Assembly: GCA_951406725.2 (NCBI GenBank)
Contig: OX597826.1
Span: 51,770,001 to 51,834,000 of the forward strand
Length of the DNA stretch: 64,000 bases
Origin: Octopus vulgaris
Lineage: Eukaryota
Direction: 5' to 3'
In this document: piece by piece, positions 11,761-25,010 of the stretch
Layout: every line of letters starts with the position of its first letter
Numbering within the stretch: position 1 is the stretch's first letter
The notes under the pieces: model-generated
Databases searched by the model: none
Told to the model about the DNA's origin: nothing
Seen by the model: only the letters and a program-made list of their open reading frames with translations
Made by a program: the position numbers and the translations under genes

Positions 11761-13016
11761 CGAGGGGGTACCCAAAAGAAACCGGAATGCTGCAATATAT
11801 TTTATTCATTTAGTCCTACATGTTTACACTTTCATCACCTTCAAAGAATTTTGTTTGTGAAGCATTGTATCGCTCCAAACGCGTTTTCCACTGATCAAAG
11901 CATTCGAAGAAATCTTGTAAAGTGATAGCTTTTAACGCCTCCGTCGTATTTTTCTTCACTTATTTCACATCTGCAAACGCTTTCCTTTAAGGACGTTTTT
12001 CATTCGGGGGAAGAGAAAAAGAGTTGCAGCGCGCAAGATCAGGTGAATAGCGAGGGTTAGTAAACGGGGTCATGCCACTTCTGTCACACTCAAGGCAGTG
12101 TACGAAGGTGCATTGTCATGATGAAACCATCACTCTCCAATTTTCCACTGGTCGGGGCTGTTTAGTCTCGCCGTGTCTCGCAAACCCTTCAGAACAACCA
12201 AGTAAAATGTCTGGTTAACTATTTGACCAAGAGGAAAAAAGTACTGTGGACAATTCCTTTCACTTCGATGAAATAAATCACCACTGTCTTTAGATTGGAC
12301 TTCACTTGACGCATATTTTTGGGTGGGGGGGCGTGGTGATATTGAATGCTTCCATTGATTTAATTGCTGCTTCGTCTCCGCGTCGTAGTTGTCAGTCATG
12401 ACCTTCGTCGTCAGTCATGACCTTCGAAGAAAGGATCGGATCAATCTCCAACTCTCTTCTGTGAGTAAGTGAGGCACAAATTTTGTTGGAACTGTTTTCA
12501 TTTGTAATTCCTCGTTCGAAATTCGTTGGGAGGAGCTACAGGACGCACCATATATATCAACACGTTCGTCGATCTTTTTGACGATGGTCCTCCAATTTCC
12601 GGGGTTTTCATTCGTTCGGGAGGTCGACGGTCACCCTGAACAAGGTTGGTCTTCATGCAACAAGTGACCATTCCTAAAGTGTGAAAACCACTCGTAAAAT
12701 TGTGTTTTGCTCATGTCAACGTCCTAGTAAGCTTTTTGAAGCATAACAACAGTTTCGGCTTCCGTTTTCTCCAGCAGGAAACAGAATTTCATGGAAGCAC
12801 GCCGTTGTCTTTCGTTTTAGCCATTACAAAAATCGACCAAAAGGAGAGAAGCACTGCAAAGCAAATACGAACCACGCGGCAGTGCGATCCCAGAAATGTT
12901 GCTGGTCGGTACACTAATGCCTGAGGGTCACATCTAGTGTTTTCTAGCGGCGGAAGTCTGACCTACCACGGACATGTCCCCAGAAAACGTTTCCGGTTAC
13001 TTTGGGTACCTCCTCG
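11761..13016 (-). mobile_element. Full-length decayed mariner DNA transposon
   Basis: TIRs cgagggggtacccaaaagaaaccggaa / ttccggttactttgggtacctcctcg, TA TSD at 11759-60 and 13017-18; ~1.26 kb. Confidence 0.9.
11816..12824 (-). pseudogene. Mariner transposase pseudogene (frameshifts, stops)
   Basis: QRRASMKFCFLLEKTEAETVVMLQKAY N-terminus; HHDNAP; PPYSPDLA..FFLFPRMK..LKGK; C-terminal FFEGD. Confidence 0.85.
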
Positions 13017-14017
13017 TATCTTTCATGTGTGTTTTTATGTTAATTGTACCGAAAAATATGTTACTTCGATAAAGGGTAGCTAATAAAATGGAAATTTTCA
13101 AAGTCCTAAATGATTTTCGAGATCACAAGTACCCACATATACAAAGTCATACACGCACAGACAAGCACGCACGCACACACGGACTCACGCTGACACACGC
13201 TACTTTTATCCGCACACAGTCTTAGAGTCCAATATATACAAGCATTTGTAGAAATACTTGTATAGTTATATGCATAATTGTGTGTGTGAGTGTATGTATA
13301 TACTACCTTCCACAGTTTGGCAATGAAAAATAGATTGGAACACTAAATTCAAGTACGTCAAATGTTTTTGTATATAGGTTGCTATGGGTATTATATGTAC
13401 AATACATTTTTGACAGCGAAGAAGAAATAGCTGTGAATCGATATTATGGAAGATAGAGAAGGACACTTTGCAGAATGGCGTCATAACATTTATTTGATAA
13501 GATAATAATAGACAACTTGTGTTCTCATTAAACATTCTCAATTTTTTTTTTAATTTCTGAAAAATCTGTTTTCAGAAGAAAAATTCTACTTTATCTACAT
13601 CAATTTGCTTTTCCTCGTCTATGTATAGAGTCGCGTTGCATAATATGATTATAAATTTTTGAAAAGCTATCTTATCAATAATGTGATTATTGCTATTAGA
13701 AGAACAGATCGAATACAAAGTAATTGGATTGGCAGATAACATTAGCAGGGTTTAATTAAAATTTAAAGTTCTTATTTCAAATATTTGCATGGTCGGCTGT
13801 GCCTTCTGAAGCCCATACAGTTTGTATGAATGCGTAATGCTTGAGTAGTTGAAGTATATTGAACAGAGTATATAACCAATATTTACAACCATGTTATACT
13901 TTATAGTTCGAACAATGTTTTTATATAGAGAAATTGAACATATTTCTCGAAATATTCTCTGGGAGTTATCCATCGATATACTAACCCCCCCCCCACGCAT
14001 ACACACATATATTTGTA

Positions 14018-14897
14018 TAGATGTTCGGGCTAAATTTGGCAGTTGGCATAAAGGGAAAAGAAATCACAACATCTCATCAAAAAATAAAAGTAATTCAAAA
14101 TATGAAAAATATCAACTAAATAATGGCTGAGAGATAAACATTTACTTAAAAATAGTCGCTCTCAGCTCCCACGATAGCCTTAAAACGGCTCCGGAAGCTG
14201 GCGCACGTGTTCATCATTTTCTCACAAGGAATATTTTCGAATACCTTTTGAACTGGGCCATCAGCTCGGCCTTGGTGTGCACTCAGAGCGGTTTGTATCT
14301 TTCCCAAACGGGCCCCACACATCGTCATCCATGAGATAACAAACGGAGGAATTAGAAGGAGTTGGTGAAGGCATAGAAATTAACGACAACCATTTCTGGC
14401 TCTCTCTCCAAAGATATTGTAAGGAGCCGAATCCTCATGTCGCAGATATGGCTTTTCTGCAGCAAATCTCTGCAGCCAACCTTTGGACACAATCTCCGAC
14501 AGTTTCACACCGCCGTCTGAATTGAGCCTAAAAACCTTTTCAAATGCATCGTGATGAATTTAGGCGTGCTGACGCAGTCAGGACGTGTGCTGTGTGCCTT
14601 CCTGTTGACCACAGCTTCATAGTCTCCGTTGCAGCTGTCCATGTTACGCCTTACAGCCTTTACCATGTTCACAGCTGTCATGATGTCGACATTTTGATAC
14701 CCGGCGCAAAGTATCATGATACTGGTAACTGTTTTCTAATGTTCATATGACTTCCACTCCTAAATGTCAGCTAACCTTTTCTCAACAATAACTTTATTCA
14801 GTATGGTCCCGAACTGTATGGTCTCGAAATGTTCACCAATATATCAAGCTGCTCCTGAAGAAAAGGAGACATTAAACTCGTCTCATTTAGCCGGATT
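14018..14897 (-). mobile_element. Internally deleted Tc1/mariner-superfamily (DD37D/maT-like) transposon remnant
   Basis: C-terminus CASFRSRFKAIVGAESDYF*, DSAP motif near 14425-14436, weak TIR match gggctaaat / atttagccg. Confidence 0.55.
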
Positions 14898-14899
14898 GA

Positions 14900-15870
14900 A
14901 TGTATGTATGTATGTATGTATGTATGTATGTATGTATGTATGTATGTATGTATGTATGAATGTATGTATGCACGTATGAATGTATGCATGCGTTTATGTA
15001 TGTATGTATATATGTATGCATGTATGTACGCACTATGAATGCATGCATGCGTTTATGAATGTATGTATGTATATATGTATGTATGTATGTATGTTTGTAC
15101 GCACGTATGAATGTATGCATGACTATGTATGTATGTATGTATGCATGCATATATGTACGCATATATGAATGTACGCATGGGTTTATGTATGTATGCATGT
15201 ATGTATGTATGTATATATGTACGCACGTATGAATGTATGCATGCGTTTATGTATGTATGTATGTATGTACGCACGTATGAATGTATGCATGTCTTTATGT
15301 ATGTATGTATCTACGCACGTATGAATGTATGCATGCGTTTATGTATTATGTATGTATGTATGTATGTATGTATGTATGTATGTATGTATGTATGCATGTA
15401 TGTACGCACATATGAATGTACGCATGGGTTTATGTATGTATGTATGTACGCACGTATGAATGTATGCATGCGTTTATGTATGTATGTATGTATGTATGTA
15501 CACACGTATGAATGTATGCATGCGTTTATGTATGTATGTATGTACGCACGTATGAATGTATGCATGCGTTTATGTATGTATATATGTACGCACGTATGAA
15601 TGTATGCATGCCTTTATGTATGTATGTATGTACGCACGTATGAATGTATGCATGTATTTATGTATGTATGTATGTATGCACGTATGAATGTATGCATGCT
15701 TTATGTATGTATGTATGTACGCACGTATGAATGTATGCATGCCTTTATATATGTATGTATGTATGTATGTACGCACGTATGAATGTATGCATGCATTTAT
15801 GTATGTATGTATGTACGCACGTATGAATGTATGCATGCGTTTATGTATTATGTATGTATGTATGTATGTA
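14900..15870. repeat. Minisatellite (~40-48-bp unit) built on (ATGT)n
   Basis: Repeated gtacgcacgtatgaatgtatgcatgcgtttat followed by variable (gtat)n, about 20 units. Confidence 0.9.
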
Positions 15871-15947
15871 ACTTAGCAACGGAAATCAGTTTATATATTG
15901 ATTGAAACCCCTGTATGCTTATTTTCTCTAATTACGTTCTCTCTCTT

Positions 15948-15983
<36 letters not shown>

Positions 15984-16630
15984 ACTCTCTTTCTCTCTCA
16001 CACATATACACTCAATACACGCATATCTACATACAGATATATAATGTTTGGCGGGAGTGCAAGTAAAGAATTGGAAGTGCCTTCGAACAATCAACTTGGC
16101 CTGCCTTCATGAGACAGTGCCACGAAGACACTGAAAGTTGGAAGTGATTGTCAACCACTTTGTTGTGAAAATATATTACTTGACAACTCACGTAGGTGCA
16201 TTGAATAATCTGTCAGTAAATATTTGTCTTCTATATTAATTATTAATTATAAGTATATATATACATTACATATATTTCAATGTAAATACTCATATATGCC
16301 AGAAACACAGACGTACACAGACACACATACATCCACACACATACACATATATATAGTTATATAGCATGCAACCATAGTACTTTGCCTATGCTAATATAAT
16401 TCATATGACAAGCATAGGTCAGTGATATCTTCAAGTAAAAATAAAGGCAGTCATTATTTAATTATTTAGAGCCACATATAGTTTTTCTTTTACGTTTTTC
16501 AATTGGCATTCGTAGCTTTAAATGAAAATCAGTGATTCCGTTTTTGAAAAATTGGATTTATACAAGGTTCAATTTTCAACGAACATAGAAATTCCCTCCA
16601 CCCCTGTCCCAATATATATTCGAGGGCGTA

Positions 16631-16671
<41 letters not shown>

Positions 16672-16725
16672 GTGTGTGTGTGTGTGTTTATATATATATA
16701 TATATATATATATAAGCATATATAT

Positions 16726-16890
16726 GGGGAGAACTCACAAATAAACTAAAGACAGGTGGTGTAGACAACCAACAGATGTATTAGGTTAACGCTCAGGTAG
16801 TGAAAAAGTCTTTAACGTTTCGAGCCTACGCTCTTCTACAGAAAGAAACAAGGAGAGAAAATAAAGAATGTGTAGCGGCTAGCGATCTAT
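16726..16890 (-). mobile_element. Penelope pLTR-like fragment with hammerhead-like fold (16809-16846)
   Basis: Minus strand TCTTT-CTGTAGA-A-GAGC-GTAG-GCTC-GAAA-CG-TT-AAAGA. Confidence 0.5.
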
Positions 16891-16967
16891 ATATATTGGG
16901 TTATCCTATAAATAATGTTTTTCATACTTCTTTTAATTTTCAAAATTAAGATGAACAAATTTCTTTT

Positions 16968-18147
16968 TTAACCTAAGATATACTCTCCTTCATTGTATAC
17001 AATGCTCTTCCATCTATCTGGTAGGCTCGCAAGGCCTCTCTTCCAACATTCATTTGTCCGTGACGAAAAATACTCCTCCAGTACTGTTCTGACCTCGTCT
17101 ACAGAATTCCTATTTTTTCCATCCAAATGATTTTGAACACTACGGAATAAATGATAATCAGTTAAGGCGGTGAGCTGGCAGAACCGTTAGCACGACGGGT
17201 GAAATGCGTAGCCGTATTTCGTCTGCCGTTACGTTCTGAGTTCAAATTCCGCCGAGGTCGACTTTGCCTTTCATCCTTTCGGGGTCGATAAATTAAGTAC
17301 CAGATACGCTCTGGGGGTCGATATAATCGACTTAATACGTTTGTCTGTCCTTGTTTGTCCCCTCTATATTTAGCACCTTGTGTGTAATAAAGAAACAGAT
17401 AATCAGATGGGGCAGTGTCCGGTGAATATGGTGAGTGGGTCATCATCTCCCACTCAAACTGCTTCAGCCTTTGGAATGTCATTCTCGCTGTATGTGGCAG
17501 AGCATTATTCTGATGGAAGAACATCTTTCGTTGAAACCAAACATGGTTCAAAGTTCAAAGTGGACTAAACTTTTCATAACTCACCAAACAGATAACAGCA
17601 CCTTACGTGGGTGAAGATCGTATTTACCTTGGAGTGTCGGTATTTCTCCTTTGCTTACCCACTGTCTTCGGCGCTTGACATTTTTATTGAGAACCTATTT
17701 CTCGTCACGAGTCACTAATTGATCCAAATGGCTCATTCGTGAGATGTGACAGCAAAGAAGAGCACACATTCACTCTCTGCGTGCGGTTAGACTCGGAAAG
17801 TTTGTAAGGAACACATTGACCCAATTTGCTGACTTTTCTGATGGCACGCATTTGAATGACCAAATCCAAGCTTCCCTGCTAGTTTCTCAAAGGTTACAAT
17901 GGGATTTTGTTCCACCTGGTTTTGCAGGACGTTTTCGTCGAGCTCTACAGATCTTCCGGGACGGGGCTCGTCTTCTAGGCTGTAGTTTCCGGCTCGGAAT
18001 TTCTGGAACCACCGTTGGAACCACTTCCTTAAGCTTATTGTCCGATCCCCATATACCGCATTAATTTTCCTCGAACTTTCCGTTACGTTGTTGCCTTTAT
18101 TGAACTCAAAGCAAAATATGTCAAATACGCTCCTTTGTCACTTCCAT
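16968..18147 (-). pseudogene. Mariner transposase pseudogene
   Basis: VTRDEK, HQNNALPH, HSPYSPDTAPSDY|HLFRS (split by SINE), C-terminus LPDRWKSIVYNEGEYILG*. Confidence 0.88.
17162..17397 (+). mobile_element. SINE family C nested in mariner, 9-bp TSD
   Basis: aggcggtgagctggcagaa..gagttcaaattcc..gcctttcatcctttcggggtcgataaattaagtaccag; TSD gataatcag at 17153-17161 and 17398-17406. Confidence 0.92.
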
Positions 18148-18984
18148 TATAGCTTTGAAAAAAATAGCTGCTAAAATCGAACTGCACTCTTCAAAACTTG
18201 CACTAAGAATAAGTACAAGGTATAATTACTACCTGCTTTTATCACAAGTTGATGCCGGTAGTTTATTCCGTCCCCCTCCTCGCAACTCTTAGCCATGCAA
18301 TTGTAAAAATCGCATTATTTATAGGATGACCCTATATATATTCGTATGAGAATAACTGCAACAATCAAATGTTCCTGTAGTGAATTTGCTCCTGAGAGGT
18401 TCGTGCAGATAGTTGACATATCTCTGACTGAGTTTGGATGATAATTAACCAAATATGGAGACAATACATAAAGTGGCTTACTCGTAGAAAGACGAGTTGG
18501 CATCTGTCGAAAATAATGTCTTCGGGAATCAGTAATCAGGAACTAATTTAATAGATGTTTCAGTCTTCTAGATTCCAGTATTCTGCATTTTGTCTTCAAT
18601 GACATACTCTGTCAATATTATATCAATTTCCACTAGCCATGTCTTCTTATAACTGACATTAGCCCGTATATATAGTCTGATTTGATTCTTAGGTAATTTT
18701 TTTAAAGGATTGTTGGTCTAACTGACGTAAAACGAATTAAACTTTTAAACTAATTGAATTCATATTCTCAACTTGCAGGCACACTGTTTTGAACTTCGTT
18801 AATATGAGACCGATGGCTCAATTCTGTAGTTCTTAGGTTATTCATCGAAATGCTTCGCAAAATGTTTTCTTTCACTTTCGTCTTCTACATTTTGTGTTGT
18901 GAAGCCAAACGATTATTCATGGCTGCTTATAATGTAATGAAGTTCGAGCGGGGTGATAAACAGTTGAGGATCGTAGTGTACGGC

Positions 18985-19018
18985 AAGTGTGTGTGTGTAT
19001 GTGTGTGTGTGTGAGAGA

Positions 19019-19051
<33 letters not shown>

Positions 19052-19081
19052 TGTGTGTGTGTGTGTGTGTGTGTATGAGAG

Positions 19082-19131
<50 letters not shown>

Positions 19132-19132
19132 T
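18985..19132. repeat. (TG)n/(GA)n microsatellite
   Basis: Direct reading. Confidence 0.95.
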
Positions 19133-19466
19133 AAATAGATAAAATAGGTATACAGGGGTTTCAATCAATATATAAACTGATATCAGCTGCTCATACATAA
19201 ATACATGCATGCATATATATACACACACTAACACGCACACAAGCATGCGCACGCACACATACATACACATGCACACGCACATACGCACGCGCACGCTCGC
19301 GCCAAGAGCCGAATGAATGTCACTGATTACAACATCGCTTGATAAGTGGAATGCAAAAACGTATGTCTTGAGAATTAAGTAAATTTTCTAATGTGTACTT
19401 AGATACAATAAGTTCTACTTCCCTACTGTCTTCCGCCAAAGATATAAATGTGTGTATATATATATA

Positions 19467-19797
<331 letters not shown>

Positions 19798-19859
19798 TAA
19801 GGAAAAATTTTTTTAAAAATGCAGAATGCTCAAATGAAAGAAAATTTTAATAAAATGAG

Positions 19860-20812
19860 AAAATGATAAAATATATAAATATATATATTTATTCAACCGG
19901 TTTTCGTCAATGTATGACTTGTCAAGAATATTTATGTTTTAAGAAGTTTTTTAAAAATTAGAAAGGGGAAAAAAAGAAAATTGCAATGTTTTTTGTAAAA
20001 GAATAATGATAAAAATGTACAAAAATTAAAAAATAAGTTCTCCGATACATTGTGAGTTCGTTGTGTATCTTGAGTTTTATGGTTGTTTACCAAAAAATTA
20101 CCTTGAGGTGTTAAGATCCAAAGGGATTAAGAGCATGTGATGTGTTGTGTTGTTAAATACAGCATGTTGCAGGACAGGAAGTAGTAGTAATTGTGGTCCT
20201 GGTTCTTCAGTTCCTGTGTTGTGAGTAAGGGGAGACAACTCTTTTGAGTTCTTCAATAAAACCCAAATTATAAAACTATCATTTTAGCTTCATTTGCATT
20301 ATCTTTTTTATATATAATTGCTTGTTAACTTAACTTTCAGATTTTAACACTTTATTTATATTATTTTCTAATAATATAAAACTGCATAGACAATTGCATT
20401 TCAAATTGTCATATCATTTATAATAAAAATGATAGTAGTAACAACAACAATAGTAAAAATGATATTTAAAGAATATAAGTTTTAGCTTGAAGTGGTGAAT
20501 GCATGGTATCTTTATATATTTGTGTTAGTCCATCCATGAAGAGTGAGGTAGAGAAAGGAAGTTTGATCAACGAGGAGTTTGCATATTAAGTTGTGTTTGG
20601 AATTTTTCAATAAAGAGATTCTCCTTGTTAATTCTCTCCTGTGTGGTGATCCCGTCTTTACATTGGTAGAAGGGGAATATATAGAATTTGGGGTTTAAGT
20701 CTTTGGCACATGAGTCTAAGTGGTCACTCAGTGGAATTTGTCGGTATTCCGGGAGATTTATTTGTTCTTTATGCACCGTTACTCGTTTACGTAACGGGAG
20801 ACTCGTTTGCAT
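19860..20812 (-). mobile_element. 3' fragment of Penelope-like element (end of GIY-YIG domain plus 3' pLTR with HHR remnant)
   Basis: LRKRVTVHKEQINLPEYRQIPLSDHLDSC..FYIFPFYQ..KENLFIEKFQTQLN (20567-20812); HHR-like fold at 19890-19930. Confidence 0.75.
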
Positions 20813-20880
20813 TTTAAAAAAAATTTTTCCTTACTTATCATTTCTCCACGTGCGGTCAACACAACCCCACCATTTATTGA

Positions 20881-20975
<95 letters not shown>

Positions 20976-20976
20976 G

Positions 20977-21019
<43 letters not shown>

Positions 21020-21625
21020 AATACAAAATACAAAATGGGACAAGAACGCAAAACATTCAGAAGACGATACAAAAAACAGTCAAGAATCGGATCATCCTCG
21101 CAATTTCTGCTGATTAATGCATACATACATATATACATGCACACACACAAATACACACATACGTGCACACATAGAAACACCCATACACACAAATGCAAAC
21201 ACACATATACATACATACACGCGCGCGCACGCACACACACATATACATGATAGATGTGTTAAACTTCCAAAGCACTGGAAGCTCTTTACTACAGACCCGT
21301 ATTCATGAAAACCAATCAATCACCCTTCACCACTCATATACATTGAAACATTAAGAAATCCGCCCTAAAAAAGTAAGAAATTAGTCGACCATAAATCCTG
21401 GTATAGAAAATACCAAAATCAAATGCTCTCATAAATAATTCCAAATGAAAAATACAAATTGGCCAAATAGCACTGACATGCCTTCGTCACAAATAACAAC
21501 AAAGAGTTTAACAGATATTTAATAGTAAAAAAAATATCAGAAAAGTTCCTACACACCTAGTATAAATATAAAAATAAACTGCCAATACAAAAACGAAATA
21601 AAGGTGTTTTAAGAAAATGAATATT

Positions 21626-21837
21626 CTTTTCTACTTTAGGAACAAGGCCGAAAATTTTTGGAGAGGGGCCAGTCAATTAGATCGACCTCAGAACGGAATA
21701 GTTACTTAATTTATCGAACCCGAAAGGATGAAATGCCAAGTCGACCTCGACGGAATTTGAACTTAGAACGTAAAGACAGATGAAATACTACTAGGCATTT
21801 CGCCCGGCGTGCTTACGTTTCTGCCAACTCGCCGCTT
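21626..21837 (-). mobile_element. SINE family C with ~15-bp TSD
   Basis: Family C sequence; aagaaaatgaatatt (21611-21625) / aaggaaatgaatatt (21838-21852). Confidence 0.85.
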
Positions 21838-22075
21838 AAGGAAATGAATATTGAGACACAAAACACAAGCAATCCAAATATACTAAGTATATAAGCCCTG
21901 AATTGAAATAGTCTTCACCAAAACATATTTGAGACGAAAACTCAAGTAATTAATCATTCTCTTATAAAACAACAAGAACTATATATGTGTGTGTATCTGT
22001 GCATGTGCGTATGTATGTATCTACGTACATGCATACATATATATACATGTGTGTGTATACATACATACATATATA

Positions 22076-22110
<35 letters not shown>

Positions 22111-22629
22111 GTGCATACATATATACATACACACACATACATGTATATATGTATATATGTTGAAAGTTATGGTATATTCCATTAAGAACGAAGTAGAGTA
22201 CAGTATAATTCTTGTCCACCTTCAAATTTACCCCGTACTATCCAGTACTATAAGTAACTCCAGGTTTACGAATGAGCCTCTGTCTTGTGTGAATAGATAA
22301 TTGAAAAAATTAAAATAAACAAGTAGTAGTACGGTTGGACATTTAATTTTTAATCACTACAATTGTTTCCACGCAATGCAGTTCACCAGGCGTGCACATA
22401 CATGATTATACAAATTTTTATACATACATATATGTTTATACATGCATACATTCTTGCATTTATACATACATACATAGATACATACATACATACATACATA
22501 CATACATACATACATACATACATACATACATACATACATACATACATACATGTGTGTGAGTGTGTGAGTGTGTATGTGTGTGCGTGTGTGTATGTGTATA
22601 TGCATATATTTTCTGTGGCAAATTCAGAT

Positions 22630-23030
22630 ACTCTTTTACTATTTTACTTGTTTCAGTAATTTGACAGCGGCCATGCTAGAGCACTGCCTTTAGTTGAGCA
22701 AATCGACCCCAGGACTTATTCTTTGTAAGCGTCGTACTTATTCTATCGGTCTCTTTTGCCGAACCGCTAAGTGACGGTGACAGAAACACTCCAGCATCGT
22801 TTGTCAAGCAATGCTAGGGGGACAAACACAGACACAGAAACACACACACACACACACATATATATACATATATACGATTTCAGTTTCTATCTAACAAATC
22901 CACTCATAAGGCTTTGGTCGGCCCGAGGCTATAGTAGAAGACACTTGCCCAAGAGGCCACACAGTGGGACTGAACCCGGAACCTTGTGGTTGAGAAGCAA
23001 GCTACTTATCACACAGGCACTCCGGCGCCT
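22630..23030 (-). mobile_element. SINE family A
   Basis: Reverse complement of the family A sequence over full length. Confidence 0.85.
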
Positions 23031-23286
23031 GTTCATGATTTCCTTGTGAGATCAGGTTATGTTTCTCAGGCGATATGTAAATATTCTCTCCGTAATTTCA
23101 AAACACTCGGCTTCGAGAATATCCTCTCTGCCAATCTCATAAGCTCAGTAGTCACTGAGCTTACGAGATTGTGTTCTTGCTGAAGGACCGTTTGTAAACT
23201 GCTTTGAATGTGTAGATGTAGTGGGATTCTACTACTGTTAAATTGGTTGCCTTTAAAATGACATAAATACATACATACACACACAT

Positions 23287-23320
<34 letters not shown>

Positions 23321-24136
23321 TGACAGAATATGCATGCATACATATATACATACATATGTGCGTGCGTGTGTCTGTATACGTATATATTTTCTGTGGCAAA
23401 TTCTGTTCATGATTTCGTTATGTATCGATTTGTAGCGAACGTAAAGACAGAGAACTATATTCATGTATTTCGACAGCCACCGTTGTCTCAGTTCTCTGAT
23501 AACTTAGTTTTTGATTTCTTTCTCCTGTCTAAGTCAGTCGTGAGACATCATGTACGAAATATTTGTCGAAAACACTGTTTACTGATTTTGAAAGTTCCAA
23601 AAGACTGCAGGTGTGTTTGAAAACAAAACAAACACCAATTGAAGTTTTAATAACATTCTGTCAATGAAGAATGCTGTAGTTTATTTTCTTGACTGTAGCG
23701 TGCAAGCAAATAAAATCTAATTTTTTTTTGCGGGGAATAACCAACCGAAACTTTAATTACTGTATATTGTTAGTTCTATTTAAATTCTAACGAGAGGAAA
23801 TGTTACTAAATATAGACTGTAAAAATTTGGTGTTTATATTATACCACCCACTTACTACTGCCACTGAAGATGAGGAGGAAGGGAAAGAATGAAAGAATGA
23901 AAGAATGATGACGCGGAGAAGGAATGGAATGTTGTTCTCGATGTTAATATTTGATTTGTCCTAGAAAATTGAATTTCAGAAAATAGAATGTGTTAGAAAA
24001 TTAGAGTTTATGTATTAAATTTATTATGTTCCTCTTCCTATGGTCGATATGTTACCAGTAAAAATCTACAATTCATAGATTAACAGAATACGTCATTCTA
24101 TTAAAAAAGCACCATGCATGCTAGACCTTGTACATA

Positions 24137-24260
24137 GGCACAGACATGGCTGTGTGGTAAAAACTTTGCATCCGAACCACTTAATTTCGGTTTCGGTTCC
24201 ACTGCATGGCAGCTTGAACGAGAGTCTTTACCCACAAGTTCGAGTGAGCAAAGGCTTCTG
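24137..24260 (+). mobile_element. SINE family A head fragment (diverged)
   Basis: aggcacagacatggctgtgtggtaa..ggtttcggttccactgc. Confidence 0.55.
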
Positions 24261-24271
24261 TATATATATGC

Positions 24272-24570
24272 AGGATGAAAGGTAAAGTCAGCCTCGGCGG
24301 AATTTGACCTCAGAGCGTAAAGTGAGACGAAATACCTATTTCTGTGCTACCCACAAGGGGCTAAGCACAGGGGGTACAAATAAGGACAGACGAACGGATT
24401 AAGTCGATTACATCGACCCCAGTGCGTAACTGGTACTTAATTTATCGACCCCGAAGGGATGAAAGGCAAAGTCGACCTCGGCGGAATTTGAACTCAGAAC
24501 GCAGCGGCGGACGAAATACCACAAAGCATTTCGCCCGGTGTGCTAACGTTTCTGCCCGCTCGCCGCCTTA
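24272..24570 (-). mobile_element. SINE family C, dimeric form
   Basis: Full monomer followed by a restart at aggtatttcgtct, the same layout as 33304-33675. Confidence 0.85.
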
Positions 24571-24721
24571 ATAATTTATAAATATTACAATATTACATGG
24601 TATACTATGAATATAATATAACATAACAATATTATAAAACATAAACAATTATTAGGAAAACCATAAAAGCCAACAAATTGTTTCGACTTACATATATCTT
24701 TTCTGATATACATACATAAGT

Positions 24722-24912
24722 CCAACTGGTACTTGTTTCATCGACCGCGAAAGTATAATAGATAAATTCCACCTCTGACTGAAACAAGTCAGAACGTTAA
24801 GACGGACGAAATACCGCTTAGTATTTTACCCAGCGTGCTAACAATTCTGCCAGTTCGCCGCCTTATTAATAAAAATAATAATATTAATAATAATAATATT
24901 AACAATAATAAT

Positions 24913-24943
<31 letters not shown>

Positions 24944-24955
24944 TTAATAATAATG

Positions 24956-25010
<55 letters not shown>

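Larger units (their letters stand above)
16894..18336 (-). mobile_element. Full-length decayed mariner DNA transposon interrupted by a SINE
   Basis: TIRs tattgggttatcctataaataatg / cattatttataggatgaccctata, in TA context. Confidence 0.9.

Noticed and set aside
14900-15870. Repeat-spacer appearance resembling a CRISPR array
   Set aside because: Spacers are just (GTAT)n rather than unique sequences; eukaryotic context with no cas genes.
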